A stretch of DNA of 63,558 bases, counting the filler, from Rozella allomycis CSF55 (Eukaryota), in NCBI GenBank assembly GCA_000442015.1. It is 17 parts of 17 records of this genome, joined end to end, with 100 filler letters (N's around TTAATTAATTAA, not from the genome) between each part and the next. Parts side by side here need not be neighbours in the genome. Positions count along the whole stretch, not along the records: positions 29,720 to 38,004 come from KE560680.1; positions 38,105 to 39,445 come from KE560683.1; positions 39,546 to 43,743 come from KE560689.1; 14 more parts are not named here. One strand, written 5' to 3'. The first letter of the stretch is position 1; the number at the start of each line of letters is the position of its first letter. Of the stretch, positions 29,777-41,308 are shown piece after piece. The notes under the pieces are model-generated. The model worked only from the letters and a program-made list of their open reading frames with translations. It made no database searches and was not told where the DNA came from. The position numbers were made by a program, and so were the translations under genes.

Positions 29777-32700
29777 TTATTCGTATTGGGATAAATCCAG
29801 TGTGAGGATGGCAGAACCATTAACTTCTTGATTACGATATACACCAACAAGAGAGTCGGCCTTTTCATATAATTGCCTCTTTAAAGAAATAACGATAAAC
29901 TGAGGTGATTTGTGATCTAATTTAATCTCATTAGAAAATCCTTACCATTTATGTCATTGTTCTCTCCATCTACTTCATTTTCTCCATTCCCTTCTCCAAC
30001 TTGTTCATCACTCACTCCCCTATTTCTTTGTTGTTTATTGTTTGATAGATTCCTTAGATATCTAGCCACTTTGGCAACATTAGAGTTGTCTAAAGCAGCG
30101 TCAACTTCATCTAGAACAAAAAACGGAGAAGGTTTAAAGTTTTGAATAGAAAACAAGAGAGCCAAAGCCGCGACTGTTTTCTCACCACCCGAGAGATCAT
30201 CAATGTCTCTGAATCTCTTTGTGGGAGGAGTTACATTGAATTTGACACCAGAGAGATAAGGTTCCTATTTGATGTGATGAGAGGAAAGATTACGTCTAAA
30301 TCTTGAAGTGACAGAGAAGCTGAACCACCTAGAGGAAAGTTTTGTGATTTTGTTAATTCCTTGTAAATGTGATCAATTGAATCTTGTAGCACTGTAAAGC
30401 AACTCATAAAAGCCTTAAACCTTGAGTTAAAAATAATTGAAGAGATTACCTAATTAAGACTTTAAATACTATTGATTACCTAGTTTAACCCCTATAATCA
30501 TTGATTACCTAGATTATTACTTTAAATACTATTGATTACCTAGTTTAACTCCTATAACCATTTGATTACCTAGTTTAACCCTCATAACCATTGATTACCT
30601 AGTTTAATCCCTATAACCATTTGATTACCTGGATTGTTGAATAATTGAAAATTCTTGTTTGATAGATTTAGCATTCTTTCTAGCCAATTCAAAAGAATCA
30701 TTTGATTTCTTGAATTGATTTTGAAATTCATTAAATTTGTTTAAAGCTTTTAAATTTGGTGATATTTTTTCTAAATCATTTTGTAGAGATTTTAATTTTT
30801 CTTGAAATTCAATTTCTTTAGTTTCAGTTGAATTAATTTTAGAATTGTTGTCAAGTTTAGAGAAATCTAAGATTGCATTTCCATTAATTAAAGATCCAGA
30901 TGTTATGGGAATTTTTATTTGTTGAGAAGCGCATTTAATCAAGACAGATTTCTTTTCTTCTACTAGTCTTTCTAATAGAGCTTCTCTTGATGTTTTGTTC
31001 TTTATACTTGTTTCATAGTTTGTTAATAATCTGTGAACTAGTTTTTTCTTCTTGTTGAATTCTTCTTGAATGTTTTCATATTCTTCTTGGAATTCATTCA
31101 ATTTATTCAAATTTTCATCCAAATTGATTTGTGAAATTTCCTTTTCTTTTTCAATTTTATTTAAATTTTTATTCTTCAATTCTAAATCATTTTCCAAATC
31201 ATTAATTGATTTCTTCAACTCTTCAAATCTTTTATAAAAATCATTCATCAAATTATTTTCAAACTTTAAATCTGACGAGACCTTTTTATAGGTAGGGTTA
31301 ATAATTTACCTATTATATAGGTAGGGATACTATTGTTACCTATAGTATAGATTGACTTTAACTGCTTACCTATCGTTAATCATACCTTCACTATGTTACC
31401 TATTGTTAACTTTTACCCCTTTTGCTTACCTTTGATTTTAATTGATTTAGTTCAAATAGTTTAATCTCTTTTTGCTTCACTTCTAGATCAATATAATCTC
31501 TAATATTTTCAATCTTCAATCTCTCACAAAAACTTTTAAATATTTCATCTTGTTTTAAAAACAAAGATTTCTGAATCTTTTTAAATTCATTTACAATTCT
31601 ATTCAATTCTTTATTTTTAAATTCTTCTTCATTCATCAATTCATTTATATTTTTATTCAACAAATTTAATTCATTTTCCAACAATTTAATCTTTCCTTCC
31701 AAATTGTTTATTTCTTGTTCAACATACACCAACTTTGATTGTAGATTAGCTATTTGATTATACATGGGTTCTAAATAACTAACCTTTTTCTTTTCTCTTG
31801 ATATTTCATTCAAATTGGCTATCAATTCATTTCTCTCATTTTTCATTTCTTGTATATTTTGTTCATCCCATGTAGATCCATCAAAGCCACTAGATCCACC
31901 AGAGATCAACCCAGATTTATGGATCACTACTCCATCCAACGTAATCGATTTCACTCCAAGTCTTTTATTATAATTCACATCCTTTGCTATCTCCACATCA
32001 TCACAAATAACTGAATTGCCACACGCATACTGCACTGCTACATGGAATTTACTCTCACATCTGATAACATCAATCGCCAATCTACAGCCATCAAGATTTC
32101 TCAAACTTTCATTAATTGGTTTCACATAAAGTGAGTCCAATGGCAGAAATGTAGCTTGGCCTATTCTCTGTTCCTTTAAATAGTTCAAACATTCAACTGC
32201 TGTTTTTTCTGAATCCACCAATATTGAATTCAAATGTTTTCCAAGAACAATCCCACAAGCTACTTGATATGTTTTATTTATTGGTTTAACTGTTTCCTTT
32301 AATCTTCCATAGACGCCTTTTACAAAGTTAGTGATTAATTACCTATTAAATGACAAGTACGCTCTTTACCTATTAAATGAAGTAGTACGCGCTTTACCTA
32401 TTACATGATAAATACTCTACTTACCTATCACATTATAAATAAGTACACTATTTACCTATTGTTACATTTCAAACCTTTTAATTACCTGAATAAATTCTCT
32501 TCATGTTGCTGATCGCTTCATTCATTTTACTCTCCTTCAAACTAGTTTTAATATTAATTTTAGCTTCACTCAAATTCTCCAAGACTAAATTCAATCTCTC
32601 TTGATACTGAATCTCTTGCTCATTCAACGCAACTTTAATCTTTTTATTTTTCTCAATCTCATTCTCCAATTTATTTTTTTCTTCCAATAGATCTATTCTA

Positions 32701-34123
32701 TTTTTAGAATATTTTTCTCTTCTTATTCTCAGATTTGAAATTTCAGAATTAATCTTCTCTCTTCTTTCTTTCTTTTCATCTATTCCAATAAACTTTATTT
32801 CTTGTTTAATCAAATCTATTTTCTTATTCAACTTTTCCAATTCTTGTCTCTCGTTAAAGTTCATTTCATTTTCTTGTTTATTCAATTCATTAAATTCTCT
32901 TCTCTCTTGTTCATTCATATTCACTTTATCTATCTTTATTTCTTCAATCTCTAATTCTATCCTCTTAATCTCTTCTTCCCTCTCTTTAATCTTTTTCATC
33001 TTTTCTTCCTCTTCAATCTCCATCGCCTCCCTCTTCATTTCCAAATCTCTCTTCTTTTCATTCAAATATCTAATCTGCTCCTTAATCTTATTCTTTTCTG
33101 GTCTCTTTTCTTCAATCCTCTTTTCCTCTTCCTTTATACTCTTCTCCAATATCAACTTTTCTTTAAATATTCTGTTTTGATCCTTCTTCTTTTCCTTCAT
33201 TCCAACCTCCTCCCTCTCGTAACTCTCTTTATTCTTCTCCACTTGCTCTCCATGATACTCAATCTCCTCCTTCAACGACTCTACATTCTTCTCTATGTGA
33301 TACAACCGCCACAACAAATATTTTATCGTAATCTCATCCCGCTCCCTCTCCAACTCTGCATACCTCTCCGCCTCTTCCTTCTGCTCCTGGTACTGCCGCA
33401 TCTCAACATTCATCCCCTTCCTCTTACTAAACGCAACTGTCGACTGCTCAGTCGCTCGCTCCATCTCCTCCTTCAATCTATCATACTCCTCCTTAAACTC
33501 AATCGACCTATAATCATCCCTCAACCCTCTTCTTACCCTGATATCTGCTCTATAAAGTTACTCAACTCTTTCGGATTCCTCTGCGCTATAGCCTCCACAT
33601 CCCCCTGGAACACCAAAAAGTTTCGCAACTTGACCAATATATTCTCCTTTTCCAACTCACCATTATACACCCCAGCTGAAACAACCTACGCTCTCTCAAT
33701 CACCTACTTACCTTGCCATCAATCCTATACTCACAATGCCCATTCAACTGAACCCTACAACTTTCAACAAACACCCTTACGATCGGCTAAACATCACACT
33801 CTCTCCCTCAAGCTCATACTCCATCTCAACAACAGCCTTGTGCGCATCCTTGCTCTTGTCGCCACACCGGTACACAAGCTCCTTCAACTGCTTCGACCGC
33901 AAATGCATCGCTTGCACCCCCAACACAAATGAAAGCGCATCCATTATATTCGATTTGCCTGTTTTCATCGCCAACGTATTTTACCTAGATATGATGATGA
34001 AATACATCCGCTACCTGATCCGTTTGGTCCTATAATACACGTAAAGTCGCTAAAGGGCCCGATCCGGTGTCGGCCGTTATAGGATTTGAAATTCTCTACA
34101 TACAAACTGTTCAAACGGCCCAT
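29777..34123 (-). CDS. SMC1: Cohesin subunit SMC1, 9 introns (4 compound)
   Basis: [29 protein letters not shown], hinge [41 protein letters not shown]. Introns 33959-34014, 33755-33780, 33686-33711, 33508-33536, 32317-32485, 31282-31429, 30421-30628, 30265-30293, 29917-29945. Confidence 0.96.
30421..30628 (-). other. SMC1 compound intron: 7 abutting mini-introns (30,29,30,31,29,30,29 nt)
   Basis: Each unit starts GTAATC and ends AG; six internal TAG|GTAATC junctions. Removal gives QQSR-FKAFM. Confidence 0.9.
31282..31429 (-). other. SMC1 compound intron: 5 abutting mini-introns (30,30,30,30,28 nt)
   Basis: Internal ATAG|GTAA junctions at exact 30-nt spacing. Removal gives [13 protein letters not shown]. 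Confidence 0.9.
32317..32485 (-). other. SMC1 compound intron: 6 abutting mini-introns (30,31,27,28,27,26 nt)
   Basis: Five internal ATAG|GTAA junctions. Removal gives hinge RIYSG-VYGRL. Confidence 0.9.
33959..34014 (-). other. SMC1 compound intron: 2 abutting mini-introns (30+26 nt) inside Walker A
   Basis: GTAGCGGATGTATTTCATCATCATATCTAG|GTAAAATACGTTGGCGATGAAAACAG; removal gives GPNGSGKSN. Confidence 0.88.
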
Positions 34124-34359
34124 TTTTAGGTTCACGAAAATTCAGAAATTAAATTTTATATACCTCGACAAAAAATATGGCCATGTATTTATTAATTAAC
34201 TGTGAGAGTTGTTAAGCGAAAGCGAGAAAAAACCTAAATATCAAATATCGAAACTTATTGTAACGTTAAACCTCGTGTTCTATATATACACATTCTGATC
34301 CCAAAATAGAATAAAACGTTCGGGAATCAGGAGGATCAAACAAAACACTCCTGTTTCAC

Positions 34360-35681
34360 ATGCTGCAAGTTCCCCTCCACCAGTTCATCGACCCGAATTT
34401 CCACCCCGATCCCTCCGAATGCATAATCGCAACCATCCNGCGATACTTTTAAGGAAAGCCAAAGAATCTACGTCGAATTTCCACCCCGATCCCTCCGAAT
34501 GCATAATCGCAACCATCCTGCCATGCAGCCCGCCCATGGAAATCAAGCGGGTGTACTGGTACTCTACGTGGTTCATCAGCTGCAACGACATTACTAAATA
34601 CGTCGCATTCTGCTACATCCAGCAAACAGGCAATTCAATTCACAACATGCACAAGTTCGACGAAGGCGTGTTCAGCGATTTGAGACAGTACAAGATTGGC
34701 GTGCATGCTGTCATGGAGGAAAACAGGTCGGAATTCTTGTCGTTTTTGCTAAAGACTGGGTGTGTGAAGACTCAGAAGAAGCAAAAGGTTTACATTTGGG
34801 ATAAGATTAATCTGGATTTGCTGGTGCAAGACGCTACTATGCGGGAGTTGAGGAGAGGCAGTGGGTCGTCGGCTAGTAATAGGAAACGGAAGTCTGTTGG
34901 GTCCATCATGCTGAATACAAACATGTCGCCCTATGGATATACAGAACAGTTTATTCTTCCTTTTGAACCGGCATTTAGTGAAACGACAGACGGGACAATG
35001 CCATTGACACCCATTACACCTCTAGGGACAATATACGAAGCCCCACAAATGGACCAACAGAACAGCGAGCCGCCAAGTATTGACATATCTCAACTATTTG
35101 CAATGGAAGGTCAATTCACTCCGTACGCATCACAAACTGCTCCACTTTCTTCTTTACCTCCATCTCTATTAACATCCACATCAGAGTTTTTTGATCAAGG
35201 TTTGCTCCTTCCGCCTCCATATTCTCCAAGCACGCTATACACCTTTGATGAATTTCCCGCAAGAAGACCGCAAAATCGTAGACATTCAACCACCTCTCTT
35301 CCAGACTGGTCAAAAGGATCAGGCGATCGACCATATAAATGCCTAGTGCCTGGCTGCTTTCGCGAATTCAAACGTATGGAGCACTTAAAACGCCACGGTA
35401 GAATACATACTGGGGAGAGGCCGTTTTCATGCAACTTTCCAGGCTGCAACAAGTACTTTTCGAGATCGGATAACTTGGCTCTGCATCAGAAAACTCATGA
35501 GAGAAAGGGTTTGGAGTTGATTGAGGAAACCAATTTGCACTTTAACAACAATGTAAATCTGCCAATGAGCAGCAAGGTCGATGTAACCTTTTTTGACTCT
35601 GCTACCGATCTTCCTTTACTTGATTCTCTAGAGATCAAAGATAAAGGCAGTTCTCCTATAATTAACGCGCCAATTTGGTAA
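34360..35681 (+). CDS. STE12: Ste12-like transcription factor (STE domain plus two C2H2 zinc fingers)
   Basis: [29 protein letters not shown] and [27 protein letters not shown]. The 5' end is blurred by the assembly overlap at n34439. Confidence 0.88.
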
Positions 35682-35814
35682 GCTTCCTGATTTGTAAATA
35701 AAAAATATTGGTATATAAGTATTTTTATATCATTAAAAGATTGTATCAAGTGATTTGGGATAAAAAGAGACCAGTTCAATAGAAATTGTAGCCCATAGGT
35801 ATAAAACGGGATTT

Positions 35815-35856
35815 ATCGGACGGGGAGTTTACGACCCGGACATCAGAAACGATTAT
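35815..35856 (+). repeat. Dispersed copy of the 40-bp repeat at 15875
   Basis: ATCGGACGGGGAGTTTACGACCCGGACATCAGAAACGATTAT, next to an assembly break (n35863). Confidence 0.85.
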
Positions 35857-36142
35857 TGGCATNACCGTTGTAATTCTCATAAGTAATTATATCTCCATCT
35901 TCATCCTTCGTATTTCTCAGTTTATGCAGAAGTTTTTGGTTTTTTGGTGCCAACCATCGTTCGAAGTTCTCTTGTAGACTCATTTGTTGACAGGGGTATT
36001 GTAATGTAAACCTTATCCCTTTGACACCCAACTTGGCTTGCGATGAGCTGTTAATATAGTGTAATTATTATTGCTAAATACACTCTTGATTTCACTATTC
36101 AACAAAGAATAAAGTTCCTCCAAATCCTGATCACTTGGTACA

Positions 36143-36535
36143 TCAAATGGAACATATTCTTTTGAAATGCAATTCAAAGGAAGACGAGATCAAAATCAAA
36201 AATGACTTGACATATTGCTCATTAGTTTTCACTTCACACATCATTGGATACAAGTAATTTTTTGATTGATACTCTTGGATTGTCCATTCTAACATTGGAT
36301 CACTCTTTCTATGTTTGTAGCTTGAAACAAAACGAATGACAATTGCCTTTGACTCTCTTTTTTTGCACGCGGTATCAAATATCGCCTCATAAATGCCTTT
36401 TGCGATATCAAGCGCTTCGGTAGTTAAATCGACAGTTTCATCATCAAAATAACTGCAACTGCTATCACTTGGGATTTCACACCCATTGTAATCGGAGTCG
36501 TAGCCTAACATGCGTATGTTTGTTCTTCTATCCAA
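36143..36535 (-). pseudogene. Copy 1 of a duplicated ORF segment shared with the D5-like fragment
   Basis: About 36151-36457 is near-identical to about 37110-37416 (KKRESKAIVIRFV.SYKHRKSDPMLEWTIQEYQSKNY.YPMMCEV). Confidence 0.6.
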
Positions 36536-36579
36536 AATTTGTAAGTTTCAGGATCGAATTAAAAATAGTTTATTTATGC

Positions 36580-36845
36580 AAATACAATTCCTCTTTTCAT
36601 TCAAAGCACGATGTCTAGTAAGCCTGATTACGTCTTGAAGCATATTTTTAATGTGGTACTATTTTATTATTTACTATTTACTTACTTCAAGGCCTACATA
36701 CATCGCATTGACGCAATCATCGCTAACACCTCCAGGTACATCGTTATCGACAGCCAAAAATGCCAATTTTCGTTTCAGCTCTTCTTTCGTTCCCATATTA
36801 TTTTCAAATGACATAAAATGGAGATTATCTGGCTTTAGGATATCT
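36580..36845 (-). pseudogene. TADA1: Fragment of SAGA subunit Ada1/TADA1 histone-fold region, intron-containing
   Basis: Spliced translation SFENNMGTKEELKRKLAFLAVDNDVPGGVSDDCVNAMYVGLE|YHIKNMLQDVIRLTR with a 27-nt intron at 36659-36685. Not in the ORF track. Confidence 0.65.
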
Positions 36846-36968
36846 TTCAAAATAAAATAATCTACATACTCGATTTAGTTGACATTGGTGATACCGAAGA
36901 TTCGCTAAAGGAATGATGCTACCTAAACCAATACGGTGATTCTGATAAAACGGGAGTTTGCTGTGATT

Positions 36969-37417
36969 CTAGTACTTTCGAACTACAATAGAAGAAGGAA
37001 CATTCTTGAATGCGGTGAATTGTAAGGATTCGATATTCAATACGCCATTGGCAAAACCAATAAAGGATTTATCGGTTTGTAGAAATTTGAACTTGGAAGA
37101 TGCATCATGGACATGCTCTTTTGAAATGCAATTCAACGGCAAGACCAGATCAAAGTTAAAAAATGCCTTGAAATATTGCTCATTATTATACACTTCACAC
37201 ATCATTGGATAAAAGTAATTTTTTGATTGATATTCTTGGATTGTCCATTCTAGCATTGGATCACTCTTTCTATGTTTGTAGCTTGGAACAAAACGAATGA
37301 CAATTGCCTTTGACTCTCTTTTTTTTGCACGCGGTATCAAATATCGCCTCATAAATGCCTTTTGCGATATCAAGCGCTTCGGTAGTAATCGACAGTTTCA
37401 TCATCAAAATAACTGCN
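36969..37417 (-). pseudogene. D5-like primase/helicase N-terminal fragment (virus/Polinton-type), frameshifted
   Basis: FKFLQTDKSFIGFANGVLNIESLQFTAF resembles the D5_N F-x-N-G-V-x-(D/N) motif. Indels relative to copy 1. Confidence 0.5.
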
Positions 37418-38104
37418 CAGATTTTTCGAATGTCAAGTTAGAATAAGGCAGGATATATCTTCTTAGTAATTCATGAATTACTTAGAAGATATATCCATTT
37501 GTAAACTTCTCCAGTGCCTTGAACTCTCACATAGCCATTCTCACAATCCTCCATGTGTTCAACTAGTACAACAAAAGGTTTTCTTTTGGTTTCTGTGTTG
37601 CTTCTTTTTAGAACAATAGATTCAAAGACGTTAAGAATCCTCTTTTCTCTTGCTTTGTCTATTCTTCCTCCACTGTGAGAGAAGCAACTGTAACTACTGT
37701 GCCTTGCTTATTATTAACATAGATACAGATGTGATCNGATCTTCAATTGATTCGTAATTTCTTTTCTTAGCAATAATCTTTCTGGCAGCCTCTGCGGCCT
37801 TGGCACCTTTCAAAAGATTCTTGAAATGAGTGATTGAGGTGTTGTTAACATTGATCAAGGGAGAAGCAGCGGGGTNAATCTTCAATTGATTCATATTTTC
37901 TTTTCTTAGCAATAATCTCTCTGGCAGCCTTTGCAGCGTTGGCACCTTTCAAAAGATTCTTCAGATGAGTGATTGAGGTGTTGTTAACATTGATCAAGGG
38001 AGAANNNNNNNNNNNNNNNNNNNNNNNNNNNNNNNNNNNNNNNNNNNNTTAATTAATTAANNNNNNNNNNNNNNNNNNNNNNNNNNNNNNNNNNNNNNNN
38101 NNNN

Positions 38105-39171
38105 TTAAACAATTTTCCTGCTCCCTTAGCATTATGGTATGTTTTAATTGGAGCTAAGTTAGTCAATCTCACTTTGATTGTATATTTTTTATTATATGGA
38201 TTCAATTCCTCAACTTTGGAATATTTTCTATTGTTGGAATACTGATTTGCTGTCGTTGATTGCACAGACTCACCATAAGTGTTTGTTGGTGCGTATGGAT
38301 TGCTTGTATTTGAAGTATTCGTCGTAACATATGGATTTGAAGCGCCAGTTGCGGCGTATGGATTCGATGCGTATGGGTTTTCAGTGGGCGCATAAGGATT
38401 TCCAGCCGACGCATAAGGATTCTCTGTTGCTGCTGATGCATAAGGATTTCCAGTTGAAGCGTAAGGATTTGAATTTACATTTGTGCTATTATTGGCAGCA
38501 TATGGATTTGCATTGGCGTAAGGATTAGAAGATGCGATTGAAGTAGCGTATGGGTTAGTATTACTTGTAGCATATGGATTGTTTTCATTCGTTGCATAAG
38601 GATTTCCAACGTTATCATTCTTCATATTGTTTATTCCTCCACTAGCATAAGGGTTCGTCTTGATTTGATTATTCGCTTCAGCATAAGGATTTCCAATTTC
38701 AGCTCTTTCATTCATTTCGTTCCCTTCGCCATTTTCATTCACAACAACCGCATACATTGTAGGCTTTCCAATAATTTCATCTCCATAAATAATATTATTC
38801 AAATCTATAGATTTGGGTACAATAACAGGCTTCTGCAGCTTTCCATCACTAATTATATCAAAAAATATCATCTACATTCCAGAGATCGAATAGTTTGTCA
38901 TTTTCATTATACAAAACTGCTTCACGATCCCAGCTTCAACGTACTGCACGAAACTATGGTTGAATAAAAGCGATCCAGTGTTCACACCATCGCTAACAAG
39001 AAGCCTGCTTATTTTATCCTGGTCTCGTTACCTTGCTCGGTCAAGCCCCTGAGGTGTTTTTGGTAGTCGCTTGATAGTCGTTACTTGCAACCACGGTTCC
39101 TTGTATCCGGGATGTGCAACATCTTTCTCAAATAACGCTTTGATAGTGCCTGGAATTAACAAGTTGCTCAT
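38105..39171 (-). CDS. RFA1: Replication protein A 70 kDa subunit, 5' part
   Basis: N-terminal OB fold (LQVTTIK, LLVSDG), NPYA-repeat linker, VEELNPYNKKYTIKVRLTN..IKTYHNAKGAGKLF. Confidence 0.9.
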
Positions 39172-39991
39172 TGACAGACAAGGGTTTTACGATTTTTGGG
39201 ATATACTCTAAAATGATTTATAGAAAGAATTTGAGATGATCCGAGGAGATTTTCGTTACATTAATATTGAAAATTGAAATACTTTATTTTCAAGGCGGAA
39301 ACACCAATGAGAAAAATCATATGAATTAAATCAGATATGATCAGCTATTGAAAATTAAGTTCTTGCTTTGTGACTTTGTCTCAATCTCAATCACTTATTT
39401 CTGTCTCATAAAGAATGTTGACATTTATTTAGCGCCAACAAGCAANNNNNNNNNNNNNNNNNNNNNNNNNNNNNNNNNNNNNNNNNNNNTTAATTAATTA
39501 ANNNNNNNNNNNNNNNNNNNNNNNNNNNNNNNNNNNNNNNNNNNNAATGTTCTTGCAGACATTGTAAAAGCCGCGTAGTAAAGTCCGTCATAGCTGAAAT
39601 AGTCGTAAGTAAGAAAAAGAAGGAAGCGTAATATAAAAAGGTTGATGATTGCACCATCAATCAAAAACGTTTGGGTGGCTTGCAAAAGCAAGTATTTGAA
39701 ATCAACATTGATTTTATGGATTTTGGAATCAAAAATTGCTAACTGTAACTAACCTAATCTCTATAAAATAGAAAATTTACCTTATATAAATGAAGCTTGA
39801 ACTCTGTTGAAGTCATTAGAATTTAAGTGGCTTATGTCAGCAAACTTTAAATAACGAATGTGCCAACAAAATTAAATTTATTTATAAGAATTATTACAAT
39901 TTATTTATTTATAAGAATTATTACAATTTAAAGATATGCATGATCAATACAAAATTCTACCGAAAGCGGTCTACAAGCCACGTAAATTTTA

Positions 39992-41257
39992 ATGAATCCA
40001 GATGCTGGAAAATGTTCCTTTTTCGTTGACAGAAGAAATAGATTTTGTCGATTTAGCACATGGAAAGATAATCAATTTTGTAAGGAGCATCTTCCCAGCG
40101 CCACTCGAGTTCCATGCCCTTTGAATAATCGACAGTAGGATATTTTGTGGATCAATAAAGTACTGTAGATGTAGACAAATTAGAAGCACATTTGAAAATT
40201 TGTAGGGCAAGACAGCAATATGACAGCGAATCATTTGACAAAAATGTTAACACCGACTTCAACGATGATATAGTTATAGAAACCAAACCTTTGATCTCTT
40301 TTGGCATTGATTTTATTCAAATTGTGATTAATAAACTCAACAAGTGGTATGACGATAAATACACGCCCTATGCCAAATCGGATTTTAGCTTATACGAGTC
40401 GATGAAAAAGCATGAAGCACAACAAGTAACATTATCGAATGCGGATTAAAGTTAAGATTTCTCTCTGCAGAGTACTAAGAGAGAGCAATTTACTAGCCAA
40501 AGAATGCGTTATTTTCGAATACGGTTCCGGCAAGGCCAAGTTATCATGGTCGATTGCAGAAACCATGGATCTTGATGTGGCCAAATCATCGACATTTTGC
40601 TTAATAGATAGAGATTCCTCTAGGCATAAAGTAATACGATCACAATAATGTTATAGGCTGATGTTAAGATTAGAGGACTTTCAAAAAATATACACAGAAA
40701 GAAAATGGATATTAAAGATTTCTCGGCTACAAATTGGCTTAAATCACAAAACCTACAAAACAAAAATATAATATTTGTAGGAAAACACATCTGTGGCGCT
40801 GGGATGTGTTTAACGATAAAATCCATCTCGAATTTGATAAAAGATGGGTAATTAGTACTCTTTAATTTAATTTTAGAATAAATGTCGAGACAGTTTTGAT
40901 AGCTCAATGTTGCCACCACCGATGTAATTGGGAAATGTTTGTTGGCAAAGAAGAATTTCTTGCGGAAGGCTTTGAGCAAAATGAGTTTGAAGTTTTAAAG
41001 CTTTTGACGAGTTGGAAGACATGTGGAGCTCGAAAGGGAAAGGAAGAAAAGTAAATTCTATATTTTCAATTGATAGTGTAAATTCGTACGGTTTAACAGC
41101 TAGTGAACGATCAGATATAGGATTTAAAGCTAAATACCTCTTAAATTACATTCGAAGAATATATCTTTCTAAATTAGGGTTCTCCAGGATAGACCTTTTA
41201 GAATATGTTCCTGAATCGACCAGTTTAGAAAATGTCGCATTGTTTGCAGTAAAATAA
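39992..41257 (+). CDS. TRM13: tRNA:m4X methyltransferase Trm13
   Basis: CCCH finger CSFF..RNRFCRF..FCKEH, CHHC finger CPLNNRHTV..HLKIC, EYGSGKAKLS, KHICGA, CCHHRC, SLENVAL; tiny introns. Confidence 0.9.
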
Positions 41258-41308
41258 ATCTATTTAAACAAATTGCTTTGCATATCTTCATACATTTCAT
41301 ATCTTTAT

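Noticed and set aside
31282-31429. Alternating micro-exons within the compound introns
   Set aside because: The units carry stop codons, and the flanking exons already join into continuous SMC1 sequence.
30421-32485. Regularly spaced short repeats with variable interiors, superficially CRISPR-like
   Set aside because: The constant part is only the TAG|GTAA splice junction, the arrays lie inside SMC1 introns of a eukaryote, and there are no cas genes.
33177-33932. 251-aa plus-strand ORF and similar antisense ORFs (4376-4634, 9155-9427, 9776-10123)
   Set aside because: Shadows of compositionally biased coding sequence on the opposite strand.
34390-34520. Local duplications around single n characters (also near 11468, 21367, 37876, 45328, 52631, 63431)
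   Set aside because: Unmerged contig overlaps. The apparent frameshifts in STE12, NOX, TRAPPC10 and the F-box gene are not evidence of pseudogenes.
39875-39930. Short AT-rich tandem duplication upstream of TRM13
   Set aside because: No splice signals or other structure; ordinary slippage.
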